IMG/VR virus record: IMGVR_UViG_3300025778_000010
Span: 44,357-108,356 of that record
DNA: 64,000 bases
Strand: one strand, 5' to 3'
DNA from: a virus
Part shown: positions 54,975 through 64,000 of the stretch, one piece after another
Layout: the number at the start of each line of letters is the position of its first letter
Numbering within the stretch: the stretch's first letter is position 1
The notes under the pieces: generated by a model
The model's database searches: none
What the model was told of the DNA's origin: nothing
Seen by the model: the letters and a program-made list of their open reading frames with translations, nothing else
Translations under genes and position numbers: made by a program

Positions 54975-56201
54975 TTAACCAATAGGTACGTCATAAACTT
55001 CTTTTACAATACCTCTGTTTAAGTCCCAATCTAAATACAATCCAAACTCAGTTCCGTGACGATTCTTTCTACTTACAATCTCCATAATATTTGAGTCTGG
55101 ATTTTTATGAATTGCCATAGCCATATCAGCATCATATTCAATTGCTTTAGACCAAGCTACCTGACTTAACATTGGTGGAGAATCATGATCTGCTACCTCT
55201 TCTGCAGTTGCAGCAGTAATATCAATAATTGGAATGTTGTTAGACATTGCCAACTTTTTAAATGATTTAGAAATATTCATATTACGTTCTGTAGGACCTT
55301 TTGAATTTTGATTGTCAGCAAACAATTGATGGTAATCAAGAATTACAATATCAGGCTTATATTGATCAATCTTTCCCTGAATAACATTTGGAGTAACTTC
55401 TCCCATGCCTTCGTTTGATACTAAAATAAATTGATTTTTATCAGCAAACTTTTTTGAACCCCAGTCATCAAATTGGTCCATATTGATGTCACCTCTAGCA
55501 AAATCTGAAGCTTTAAAAAGTCCCGAACCCATCATTGTATAAATACGATCACGCATATTTTCTGGTGTCATTTCAAGTGACACAATCATTGGCTTAAAGC
55601 CCTGTTCCCAAGCTTTGCAGGCTAAATAAGAGGAGAACCAAGTCTTACCCTTACCTGGCCAACCAATCATAACAATAAGGTGTCCTGGAGCCATTCCAGT
55701 AGGGTATGCGTAGTCAATAGCTTTAAACCCTGTCATAATTCCTGGGCTACCGCCCATTGCATCTGAACGATCTTTAATTGCTTGAAAATGTTTTTCTGCT
55801 TCTTTATAATCAGTTAAATCTACATCTCTTACGTTTGCTGTTAGTTTGCCAAGAGAACTGAGTTCTGATTGCATACTTGCAATAACTCTGCCAGAGGCTT
55901 CTGTTTTTAAACTTGCTCCAGAGGTAAGTAATAGGTTACGCAAACGTGAAGCAAGATATTCGTTGCGTAATTGATCTAGATAATATTCTGTTTGACCTTT
56001 TACTTTAACTGGCTCAAAATCTTTAAATTTTTCTGTTAAAACAGAGACATCTGGAACAGCCTTAAACTTTAAGTAATAAGATTTAAGACCTTCCCAAACA
56101 TCTCTATGAGAGGTAAAAATTTCATCAACATTGCTTGACATTACTGTTGAGATATCTTTGTTTTCACAAATTGCTGTAATTACGGCTGACTCAGTATTCA
56201 T
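54975..56201 (-). CDS. dnaB: replicative DNA helicase
   Basis: GWPGKGKT, SLEM, ILDY, AIEYDAD, KNRHG. Confidence 0.92.
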   Translation of the reverse strand: MNTESAVITAICENKDISTVMSSNVDEIFTSHRDVWEGLKSYYLKFKAVPDVSVLTEKFKDFEPVKVKGQTEYYLDQLRNEYLASRLRNLLLTSGASLKTEASGRVIASMQSELSSLGKLTANVRDVDLTDYKEAEKHFQAIKDRSDAMGGSPGIMTGFKAIDYAYPTGMAPGHLIVMIGWPGKGKTWFSSYLACKAWEQGFKPMIVSLEMTPENMRDRIYTMMGSGLFKASDFARGDINMDQFDDWGSKKFADKNQFILVSNEGMGEVTPNVIQGKIDQYKPDIVILDYHQLFADNQNSKGPTERNMNISKSFKKLAMSNNIPIIDITAATAEEVADHDSPPMLSQVAWSKAIEYDADMAMAIHKNPDSNIMEIVSRKNRHGTEFGLYLDWDLNRGIVKEVYDVPIG

Positions 56202-56952
56202 TGTCTCTTTCTTCTACCATAGCCTTGGTGCGGGACCTGATAAGCTCTCTGCGAGTTTTATCTTGTTCAACTTGTTGTAATGTTAAATCTAACTTTTCAA
56301 AATTATAAAAAAACCATTGCATTGTGTGAGGTGCTTTTGGCACCTTAAAATAATACTCAAGTAAAACCTTTGCCCTATCGTACCCTACGCTATCAATAAC
56401 ATCTTGCATAGCCCACTTTTCACGGTACTTGTTTACAACTGGAACCTTTTTATAATTTTCTTTGTACAAAGTACAATACAGCCCAACTAAGCCGTAGGCT
56501 AATTTTGCCTCATCTTTTGTCACTTTTTGCCCTTACTAGATTTAAGCTCATCTTCAATTTCACTTACTTTTTGCATTAATTTATTTTCAACAAATGCATA
56601 TACACGATCTGTTGCTTCATCAGTTGACTCACCTTCACGCTTAAAGTCTTCAATTCCAATACCAATCTTTAAGCTTTCATAATTACCTAAATTTTTGGTA
56701 AACTGCAATTCAACCCTAATGTTCGTCTGATTGCTCATTTGTTTCTTCCTTTTCAACTAATGAAAAACCTGGCTTAAACTTCTTAACATTACCTTCTGAT
56801 AAATGTTGATATAACATCATAAGCCTGTCTGATATAGCTATCATAGCATCAAGGTCTTCTTTTTGTCCAGCCAGCTCCATAGCGTATTCTAGTACTTTTA
56901 AAGATTGATTAAGAACATGTTTTGATTCTTTATTTAACTTTTGATTTACCAT
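56191..56952 (-). other. three conserved hypothetical genes (56191-56523, 56520-56756 NLGNYES family, 56716-56952)
   Basis: overlapping co-oriented ORFs upstream of dnaB. Confidence 0.6.
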
Positions 56953-57461
56953 TCAGGTGCCTTCCAAACTGGGACAAATTCTCCCTCATTATTTTTAATA
57001 TATAAAATGTTTTCTTGTTTCATTAAAGCTTCTAATTCTGCTCTTGAAGGCATATCTCCTGGAGTAACCCCGCCATCAATTCTAGGTCTACCTCTATGAA
57101 CTGTTTTAAAAAAATCATGCATTGCTCTAATATCATCTTCACTCCAAAAATATTTTCCTGGAGTTTTATTACCGTTAAGCGAATAACATCTTTGAGGATA
57201 CTTTAAATCACCTCTGTACAAATGCATCTTAATTGTATCTTCATGTTTTCCAATGATTTTTACTACCTCTGATATAGGGTAAGCATGTTGCTTATTTTTA
57301 TTAACATCAGCTAAACTATAAGCAACACGCTTTCCCAATTGGTAGTCCCATGCGATCAATAGGTCTTCTGCCCTTGAACGTCTTAAAACTTTGTGAAGTT
57401 TATTGTTCAAGAAGAAATAGCGTAGCCGTGTTGAAGAATTTCCTCGTTTTTTGCCAGCCAT
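56946..57461 (-). CDS. HTH (MerR/Xis-like) DNA-binding protein
   Basis: YPISEVVKIIGKHEDTIK...W.EDD; HRGRPR AT-hook-like. Confidence 0.6.
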   Translation of the reverse strand: MAGKKRGNSSTRLRYFFLNNKLHKVLRRSRAEDLLIAWDYQLGKRVAYSLADVNKNKQHAYPISEVVKIIGKHEDTIKMHLYRGDLKYPQRCYSLNGNKTPGKYFWSEDDIRAMHDFFKTVHRGRPRIDGGVTPGDMPSRAELEALMKQENILYIKNNEGEFVPVWKAPEW

Positions 57462-57592
57462 GTTGCAAACCTATTTTCTCTTCTGACCATCCACCTTTTA
57501 CCGCACATAATGCAAAATAGCTCAACTCTAAGGCTCATAGCATAAACCCTATCAATGAATACTCTACCCTTGCACTTTTGACAATTAAGCAT
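57407..57592 (-). CDS. small zinc-ribbon protein
   Basis: CQKCKGRVFIDR...C.MCG.R. Confidence 0.65.
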   Translation of the reverse strand: MLNCQKCKGRVFIDRVYAMSLRVELFCIMCGKRWMVRRENRFATWLAKNEEILQHGYAISS

Positions 57593-57612
57593 TATTAAGT
57601 TGTATCTATAGC

Positions 57613-57795
57613 TTACTTTGCTGCTGGAGTGTTGAAGTGGTCAACGGTAGCCTTAAGAACTGGACCAAGTACACCAACAAGTGCTGCCCATGCTACCTTC
57701 TTGACATCGTGATTTCCACCCTGCCAAATTGCCACTGCAGCTGCTGCAGTTGCATATACATAGTGCTCTACAAGAGCCTTACGCTTTGCGTTCAT
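57613..57795 (-). CDS. small two-helix membrane protein (holin-like)
   Basis: two hydrophobic segments; AGGAG SD. Confidence 0.5.
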   Translation of the reverse strand: MNAKRKALVEHYVYATAAAAVAIWQGGNHDVKKVAWAALVGVLGPVLKATVDHFNTPAAK

Positions 57796-57888
57796 TTTTT
57801 TTCTCCTATTAGTTAGTTGACAGATGGGGCTTCACATGAAGCGGGATTTGAAACCCTCTTATATATAATTTTCCATCTGTTTCTCTGA

Positions 57889-58692
57889 TTAGACAGAGAA
57901 TAGTTTTCCATCTACTACACAAGTGTAGTTAGGTGAAATTTCCACAATCTGCACGTGAGGATGATTACCATTCTCAATAGTTGCGACTGCGAAACCCTTT
58001 TGCCAGTTATGGTTTTGAGTGTACTTCATGCCGTCACTCTTTTCATCACACATATGCCCAATTTCGTATCCTCGAATTGTTCTTCCGCCCGTTGCAACTG
58101 GCAACTCATATGTTTGGAAATGTGAAGCAATTCTGTGTGAATGTCCTCTGATCAATGAAATCTGTAAATCATCAATATCTTTTCTTACAGCACCTGTGTC
58201 TGCAATTGAAAGGCCATGATGTACGTGAATGTCTCCAAAACGATGTCTAGGCAACTCGTTATAATATATATAATCATACCCAAGTGAATCTAGTGACCAT
58301 AGGGATTCTGGTGTAATATCTTGAAGATACTCTGGTAGCTTTTTATCTAGGTAATCAAAAATTCTAATATCGTGGTTTCCTAATGCTGAAAATAATTGTG
58401 CATTAGGCAAAATCTCTCTAGTCTTAGTATAAAAATCTCTAGCACCCTTTGCTTCATGTCGCATCATAGGAACAATAAGATCTTTGCTATCATTTTTGTG
58501 AAGTTGAAGAAACTCTGCTGAACGTCCTTCGGTATATTTGCTGTAACACGCTTGGTCATCTGTATCGCCAAGATAATCTACAACGTCTGGCTTCATCCAT
58601 TTCATTACCTTAAACCAAAGTTCGATGGCCTTGTCATCTTGATACGGGAATTGCTGATCAGATGATAGCATCCATTTTAAATCGTTACTCAT
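57889..58692 (-). CDS. calcineurin-like metallophosphoesterase
   Basis: SD.Q.P, LGD..D, GNHD, HHG, GHSHR, NWQKGF. Confidence 0.85.
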   Translation of the reverse strand: MSNDLKWMLSSDQQFPYQDDKAIELWFKVMKWMKPDVVDYLGDTDDQACYSKYTEGRSAEFLQLHKNDSKDLIVPMMRHEAKGARDFYTKTREILPNAQLFSALGNHDIRIFDYLDKKLPEYLQDITPESLWSLDSLGYDYIYYNELPRHRFGDIHVHHGLSIADTGAVRKDIDDLQISLIRGHSHRIASHFQTYELPVATGGRTIRGYEIGHMCDEKSDGMKYTQNHNWQKGFAVATIENGNHPHVQIVEISPNYTCVVDGKLFSV

Positions 58693-58743
58693 ATAATCCT
58701 TTGTCTAGGTTTAGTTAATTGTATCGCAGGTTATTGTTTTTTG

Positions 58744-59004
58744 TCAAGCAGCGTGTGCTTTATTATGTTCAACTCTTGAACATAAAAAAAGATTGATTAA
58801 TCTATTATCAATCTTATTTTCATTAATATGATGGATTGTTTCCCAATCATTAATTATTCTATTTAATTCTTTTTCAATTATAAGGCGGTGTTCATAATAC
58901 CAGCCTTTAAAATTTTTTGGATGCTCTGGAACTTTAACTACAACATATCCTTCTTTAGTGACTTTCCTATCTCTCTTTGTCCAAGATTTGATAGGCGTAT
59001 ACAT
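58744..59004 (-). CDS. HNH endonuclease-like protein
   Basis: GY......HP....YEHR......HHINE.K.DN...NL......H. Confidence 0.8.
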   Translation of the reverse strand: MYTPIKSWTKRDRKVTKEGYVVVKVPEHPKNFKGWYYEHRLIIEKELNRIINDWETIHHINENKIDNRLINLFLCSRVEHNKAHAA

Positions 59005-59005
59005 G

Positions 59006-59404
59006 TTATAGTTTTTCTCCTTCGTCGTGGACTAAAATTTCTTTTTGCCCAGTCTTAATGATTTCACTATCAAGCCATTCTAACACATCTGGATCTGTAA
59101 TATGTCTGCGTTTTGAATCGCTTATTAAATATATTTTACCATCTGAAATATCTTGTACCAAACTTCCATCACGAAAACCTAAAGTCCCCGCCGTAATGTA
59201 TGAAATCATAATTGATTCTTTTGTTGTTACAACTGGTAAATTCCAAGACAACATTGCTCTATCAGAAACAAATTTAAATCTTTTTTTACCTTTAATGTAA
59301 AAAAATCCTTTTTCTGTATGAGCAATTAATCCACTAGGCACTAGAGGATTATGGTTATGCGTTTGCTTGGGTTGTGATTTCTGAAAGACTTTGAGAATAT
59401 TCAT
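59006..59404 (-). CDS. conserved hypothetical protein
   Basis: two KIY.I...K.R repeats. Confidence 0.6.
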   Translation of the reverse strand: MNILKVFQKSQPKQTHNHNPLVPSGLIAHTEKGFFYIKGKKRFKFVSDRAMLSWNLPVVTTKESIMISYITAGTLGFRDGSLVQDISDGKIYLISDSKRRHITDPDVLEWLDSEIIKTGQKEILVHDEGEKL

Positions 59405-59546
59405 CTGCTGCTTTCTGCTTATCTATTGATTCTTGAAATTTTGTTAGTTCTACTCTAAGTAATGCAATTTGCATTTCATAGTTAGAAACTAACTCGCCAA
59501 TACGTTGTTGTAAAGCCATAATTGTTAGCTCTGCTTCTCTTTCCAT
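59355..59546 (-). CDS. small coiled-coil protein
   Basis: GAAAAGGT SD; heptad pattern. Confidence 0.6.
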   Translation of the reverse strand: MEREAELTIMALQQRIGELVSNYEMQIALLRVELTKFQESIDKQKAADEYSQSLSEITTQANA

Positions 59547-59557
59547 TTTTACCTTTT

Positions 59558-60178
59558 CTATTTAGTCCATGCAACAATGCAGTAACGAGTTCCTTTTGTT
59601 ACCGTGGATACTGAGTGATTGAATGTATAGCCTGCTGGAAATATAACCATGTCGTGTGCTTTTGGCTTAATTGATAGACCGTAGCGTGGAAAATTAATTT
59701 CCCCGCCCTCATAATCTTCATTTAAATACATAGAATACGAAATTCTTCTATGATACTTTAAGCAATCATCCATGTGGTTATTAAAGAACTGACCTTCACC
59801 ATATTTTAAAAATTGGTAGCTGTCTTGATCAACAAAATCTTCAATTCCATATTCTTTTCTATAATCATCCATACACTCTTTTAATGGTTCATAAACATAA
59901 TTATTAATTAATTTAACAAAAGCATCAAAGTCTTCTTCTGGGTCTGCGTCAAATTGTAATAGTTGATTAAAAAATGGTATTTGAAATGTATCTACATCTC
60001 TAATTTTTTCATCAGCAACATCAAACTTCATTCCATTTTTTTCTTTAACAACTGAGCCTTTTGCCCAAAAAAACATTTCTTTTGAGGCAGCATTTTCTAA
60101 TAACTTAATAATATTAGATGCTTGTGGCAAAACGTTTTTATACACCACAATTCCTGGTGCTAACACTGATTTATTCAT
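59558..60178 (-). CDS. 2OG-Fe(II) oxygenase (prolyl-4-hydroxylase-like)
   Basis: H.D, YLNEDYEGGE..F, FP....HSV..V.KG.RY. Confidence 0.88.
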   Translation of the reverse strand: MNKSVLAPGIVVYKNVLPQASNIIKLLENAASKEMFFWAKGSVVKEKNGMKFDVADEKIRDVDTFQIPFFNQLLQFDADPEEDFDAFVKLINNYVYEPLKECMDDYRKEYGIEDFVDQDSYQFLKYGEGQFFNNHMDDCLKYHRRISYSMYLNEDYEGGEINFPRYGLSIKPKAHDMVIFPAGYTFNHSVSTVTKGTRYCIVAWTK

Positions 60179-60192
60179 TTGATCCTGTTTCT

Positions 60193-60447
60193 TTATTTGG
60201 CTGTAGTTGCTGAATCTGCTGCTGCAATTGCTGCATTTTGTGCATCTACTTCAGCTTGAAGTGCAGCTTTTTGAGCAGCAATATCTTTTGCTTGTGCATT
60301 TAAAGAATCAATGTTTGATTGATTTGGAGTAGATGCAGCTTTAGCTTCAATTAAGCTAAGTTGAGCATTATATTCAGAAAATAAAACTGTCTTCATGTGT
60401 TGCTCGGCAATCTGCAACTTTTCTTCTGGTGATAAGTTAATAGTCAT
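60193..60447 (-). CDS. small coiled-coil protein (fibre-associated)
   Basis: AAAGGAGG SD; similar layout to 60469..60699. Confidence 0.65.
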   Translation of the reverse strand: MTINLSPEEKLQIAEQHMKTVLFSEYNAQLSLIEAKAASTPNQSNIDSLNAQAKDIAAQKAALQAEVDAQNAAIAAADSATTAK

Positions 60448-60468
60448 TTTTCCTCCTTTTCTATTATA

Positions 60469-60699
60469 TCAATATTGATTAATATTGTCAATATTATTAT
60501 TTAAATCGTTTAAAATTTTTTGTAAAATATTTATATAATCTGTTAATTGAGATATTTGAGTGTCAATTACATCATTTTCTTGTTCTTGAGATGATTGTTT
60601 ATCTAAATTAAGATTGTATATTAATTTTTCTGTGCCTAAAAGTCTTTCTTGCACTAAACTCTTTTTATCTTCAATAGTTATAAACTGATAATTAGCCAT
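60469..60699 (-). CDS. small coiled-coil protein (fibre-associated)
   Basis: AAAGGAGG SD. Confidence 0.6.
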   Translation of the reverse strand: MANYQFITIEDKKSLVQERLLGTEKLIYNLNLDKQSSQEQENDVIDTQISQLTDYINILQKILNDLNNNIDNINQY

Positions 60700-60725
60700 T
60701 TTTCCTCCTTTTAAAGTATAACATA

Positions 60726-63700
60726 TTATGTGAATTGAACTCCAGTTGATGTGCTGACAGTACTACTTGTTCCGTAGGCATTTGATGCATACACAGAACA
60801 TTTAAAATATCCTGTAGAATTAACAGTAATAGAAGTTCCAGCAGTTGAACTTGATGAGTAGGTTGAGTATGTTCCATTTAAAGTTGTTGATTTGGTAACA
60901 ACAAAATAATATGTAATTGGAGCAGTACCAGTAGATGATGCTGTAAAGTAAAAGTGTCCTCCATGTGGGGATATATCATCGCTTCCGTATAATCCAGTAG
61001 GTGCTGATGGTTTGACTCCCGCTGCTGCCGTTGTAAAGCTATAATATCCCGTTGCGGTATCACCAGTTGTAGAATAAACAGTAACATATCCTGAGTATGC
61101 TGTACTTGAAGACAAGCCTGTTAAAGTTGTAGATGTGGCTAATCCTAAGTAAGTTGTTCCATTTAAATAATCATAAGAAGCATTAGTTTGAGACCAGCTT
61201 ATTACTGCACTGGTTGTTGTTATGCTGCTTACGCTTAATGTTGATGATATTGTAGGGTAAACATGAATATATGTCCACTGAGCATAAAGAGTTGTATTAG
61301 ATGATGGAGTATAAGAACCTCCGCCATTTACAATAAGCGATCCTCCTGAAGCAGCGTTATACCAACCATTAAAACTGTATCCTGAAAGAGTTGGAGTTGG
61401 CGCAGTAACTGAGCCACCTACCGTAGATTGCGTAGATGATGCAGGAGATACTGTTCCTCCATTTGCATTCCATGTCACAGTATAATAAACTGGAGCAGCA
61501 TTTGTAACAAAATACTGATATGTTGAACCTGAATACAGCATATCGTAGTTCATAGATCTCATATAAACATAATAACCAGTACTTGCAGATAAAGAAGATA
61601 TTGTAAAGCTAGTTGCATATACTTGATTCCAAGTTGCATTATCTAATGACCAATAGTTCCAATCAATTGTGTTTGACCCAGGATTGGAGGGGAAACTATA
61701 ATTTACAAGTGCACTGTTATAAGATGACCCTGTTCCTGGTGTAACTGAATTAATGCTTGGTGTAGAGGGATTTGATCCTGTAATATAATAGTAAACAAGA
61801 CTTCCCGAGCTTCCATAATCGCTATATGCTGCCGTACTTAAAGTTCTTGCTGCATCTCTTGCTCTTACTGTATATCTATAGTATCTATAATATGCAGCAG
61901 CATATGTATTTGAAGTTGTTGTTAAATATGGTGCACCAGCTAAAGATTGCAGCACTGTCCATGTAGAGTTATCATTACTTCCTTCATATTGAACTTCATA
62001 ATATGTGGCATTTGTTGATGCATTCCAAGAAGTTGTTAGCGTTCTATTTTGAGTAGGCTCTGAATAACTTTGTGTTGCCCCAGTAGGATAAGCTTTTGTT
62101 CCAGATATAGTTGTAAATGGTTGAGGACTTGGCGGAGTATAAGTTGTTGCATTACCCATTGATTGCCAACCCGAATAAGTTTCGGTATTTCTTCCACGAA
62201 TCCAATAATAATATGTTGTTGAACTAGATAAGCTTAATGTATCTGCATAAGATGAGCCTGTTAATCCTGTATAAGTTGGAGTAACAGAGTTTGCAGGAGT
62301 TGAACTAGATGTTGATCTATAAACTTCATATGAAGCATTGTTATTTCTATAAGTTACGTTATCTCCAGTATATGGAGAATATGTTTGCCAAGTAGCTGGT
62401 GTCCAGCTTAAATCTATTTCTAAGGCTGTTGTACTTGCAGAAACTGATTGATATGCAGTACCTATTGGAATTCCCGCATAAAATATTGTAGAGTTATTAA
62501 TTATTGAATAAGCACTTGTTGAGCCGTAGGAGTTTGTAGCAGTAACATATAAATAATAATATCCTGATGTTGGTATGCTGTAATACAACTTATTTGTTCC
62601 AGAGGAGTATGCGGTGTCATAAGTAATGGTTGTGCCCCAGCTTGAAGATCCCGACCTATAAACTGTTGCTGAAATACTTGTTGATTTATTTGCAGTAGCA
62701 GTTATTGTTCCGTTATATAAATTTTGTGAACCATAATCATAAGTAAATGTTGGGGCATCTGGAGGTGGAGTAGAGTTATAAGAAAATACTGGTCCATATA
62801 TTCCTACGCCATCTGCGTTATATGATATTACACTATAGTAATATGTGCCTGATGGAAGACCTGAATATGCTATTGCAGAACCCGACGTGTATTGAACTGA
62901 TCCAATTGGGGTCCAAGTACCAGAAGATGTTGTGCTAGATGTAGAATAGGTTAATTGATAATGATCAGAAGTATATAAACTGCTCCACGTTACGTTTGCT
63001 GCATTGTCAGAAGTCCAAGTCATAAGAACAATACTTTGAGCATTTGGCGTAGGATAAATTAATTGTGCATTTGTAGCAAAATCAGAAGAAGAGTTTGCTC
63101 CATTTCCGTTTTCTGCAGTTACAAAATATTCTAAATATTTACCTGCAGATCCCGTAGAACTTGTTACCAAACCTCCTAATGTAAAAGAAGTGTTTTGTCC
63201 TTGATATGAACTTTGAAAACCACCTTCTACTCCAGGTGATGTAACTACATTCCAACTACCTTGATTTGATAAAGATATATTGCTTGATGTTGAATATTTA
63301 AATGAAGAAATAATAGGATATGAGCCATTTGGAGTTGGACTCCAATATCCTGTATTTCCAGTAACTGTGGCTCCTACAGTAAATGAATTTTGATTTCCAA
63401 TATATCCCGATGGTGTTGTTGCGGTTAAAGTTGGATATGTTGTTGGAGTTGGAGAATTATTAATTGGCCCAACATAAGCAAATTTTATTGTTGGCCCTGT
63501 TGTTGCAAAATCAGTATTACTGTTATATTGATATTCAACTGCATAATAATAAGATCCTGAACTAATGGTATTTGGAATTAAAGTAGATGATGTTGAATAT
63601 ATTGTTCCATTATTGCTTGGATAAGGAGTATTAATTTGAGCTGTAGAAGATGTTAGTTGTGTTGCTCCCAAAACAATTGCAGAAGCAGATGTATAATAAT

Positions 63701-64000
63701 TTGGACTTACATACCAAACAATAAAGCTTCTTGTTGAGTCGGGTAAATAGTCTGATGTTCCATTCCAATAATTTGTATATGTGAATGAATTAGCACCTCT
63801 TACTGCTAAATCTCCACCCGATACAACAGTTTCAGTTGTTGTTGGACTTGATGAAATTGCAGGGGAATATCCTGAAGCTTCTGTAGGAGGATATTTTCTA
63901 CATACAAAATACCTGTAATTATTTGAATCTGTACTATCTGATCCAGTTACCCCAGTTGTTGTGGTATTTGCAGTAATTGTTCCAACAACATATAGTCCGT
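60726..64000 (-). CDS. large Ser/Thr/Tyr-rich fibronectin-III repeat tail/receptor-binding protein (5' end beyond window)
   Basis: frame stays open from 63671 to the window edge; FN3 motifs (W....A..Y...YYY.V.A.N..G); one Listeria/Bacteroides repeat (YTVTWNANGG...PT.SGY.F.GW...TLYAQW). Confidence 0.78.
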   Translation of the reverse strand, partial: GLYVVGTITANTTTTGVTGSDSTDSNNYRYFVCRKYPPTEASGYSPAISSSPTTTETVVSGGDLAVRGANSFTYTNYWNGTSDYLPDSTRSFIVWYVSPNYYTSASAIVLGATQLTSSTAQINTPYPSNNGTIYSTSSTLIPNTISSGSYYYAVEYQYNSNTDFATTGPTIKFAYVGPINNSPTPTTYPTLTATTPSGYIGNQNSFTVGATVTGNTGYWSPTPNGSYPIISSFKYSTSSNISLSNQGSWNVVTSPGVEGGFQSSYQGQNTSFTLGGLVTSSTGSAGKYLEYFVTAENGNGANSSSDFATNAQLIYPTPNAQSIVLMTWTSDNAANVTWSSLYTSDHYQLTYSTSSTTSSGTWTPIGSVQYTSGSAIAYSGLPSGTYYYSVISYNADGVGIYGPVFSYNSTPPPDAPTFTYDYGSQNLYNGTITATANKSTSISATVYRSGSSSWGTTITYDTAYSSGTNKLYYSIPTSGYYYLYVTATNSYGSTSAYSIINNSTIFYAGIPIGTAYQSVSASTTALEIDLSWTPATWQTYSPYTGDNVTYRNNNASYEVYRSTSSSTPANSVTPTYTGLTGSSYADTLSLSSSTTYYYWIRGRNTETYSGWQSMGNATTYTPPSPQPFTTISGTKAYPTGATQSYSEPTQNRTLTTSWNASTNATYYEVQYEGSNDNSTWTVLQSLAGAPYLTTTSNTYAAAYYRYYRYTVRARDAARTLSTAAYSDYGSSGSLVYYYITGSNPSTPSINSVTPGTGSSYNSALVNYSFPSNPGSNTIDWNYWSLDNATWNQVYATSFTISSLSASTGYYVYMRSMNYDMLYSGSTYQYFVTNAAPVYYTVTWNANGGTVSPASSTQSTVGGSVTAPTPTLSGYSFNGWYNAASGGSLIVNGGGSYTPSSNTTLYAQWTYIHVYPTISSTLSVSSITTTSAVISWSQTNASYDYLNGTTYLGLATSTTLTGLSSSTAYSGYVTVYSTTGDTATGYYSFTTAAAGVKPSAPTGLYGSDDISPHGGHFYFTASSTGTAPITYYFVVTKSTTLNGTYSTYSSSSTAGTSITVNSTGYFKCSVYASNAYGTSSTVSTSTGVQFT

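Noticed and set aside
40348-56201. Inteins or introns in terL, recA, dnaE, dnaB
   Set aside because: Lengths and motif spacing are normal; no splice-junction or LAGLIDADG signatures seen
1-64000. Cellular chromosome origin (dnaE, recA, groES, dps, deoC, tRNAs)
   Set aside because: Terminase, tail fibres, a gp32-like SSB and phage-like gene density, with no ribosomal or cellular operon context, indicate a phage
60726-64000. Diversity-generating retroelement target
   Set aside because: No reverse transcriptase and no template/variable repeat pair seen in the window

Overview
This window is a 64-kb slice of a large, AT-rich tailed phage genome. It carries a terminase, tail fibres, DnaE, DnaB, primase, SSB, RecA, RuvC and class II ribonucleotide reductase. 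The host is very probably actinobacterial, judged from the phage whiB, a short-arm tRNA-Leu(TAA), and extended -10 and leaderless promoters. The gene set resembles large Streptomyces BE/BK-type and freshwater actinophages (inference from gene content; no search was run). Layout: minus-strand virion genes, nrdJ and a glycosyltransferase (1-8.05 kb); a short plus-strand block (8.1-10.6 kb); deoC and a cupin; an ~11.5-kb plus-strand island of tiny ORFs (11.9-23.4 kb); then a long minus-strand block of stress, packaging, replication and tail genes with five tRNAs (a sixth, tRNA-Asp, lies in the island). The island is the most unusual part. It is built from repeated non-coding modules packed with look-alikes of host regulator sites (WhiA GACAC boxes, CRP palindromes, DnaA boxes, MraZ triple repeats, a PHO-like box) plus apparently phage-specific motifs (GCTGGCCC, 9-bp GGACAT arrays, a TGTCAG promoter class). 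It also contains a candidate RNA hairpin with three identical UGAGC/CAAAUAA internal loops. Other structured-RNA candidates are a twice-occurring pseudoknot, a ROSE-like thermometer on hsp20 and a ~115-nt RNA between two tRNAs. All protein calls come from motif recognition by eye.
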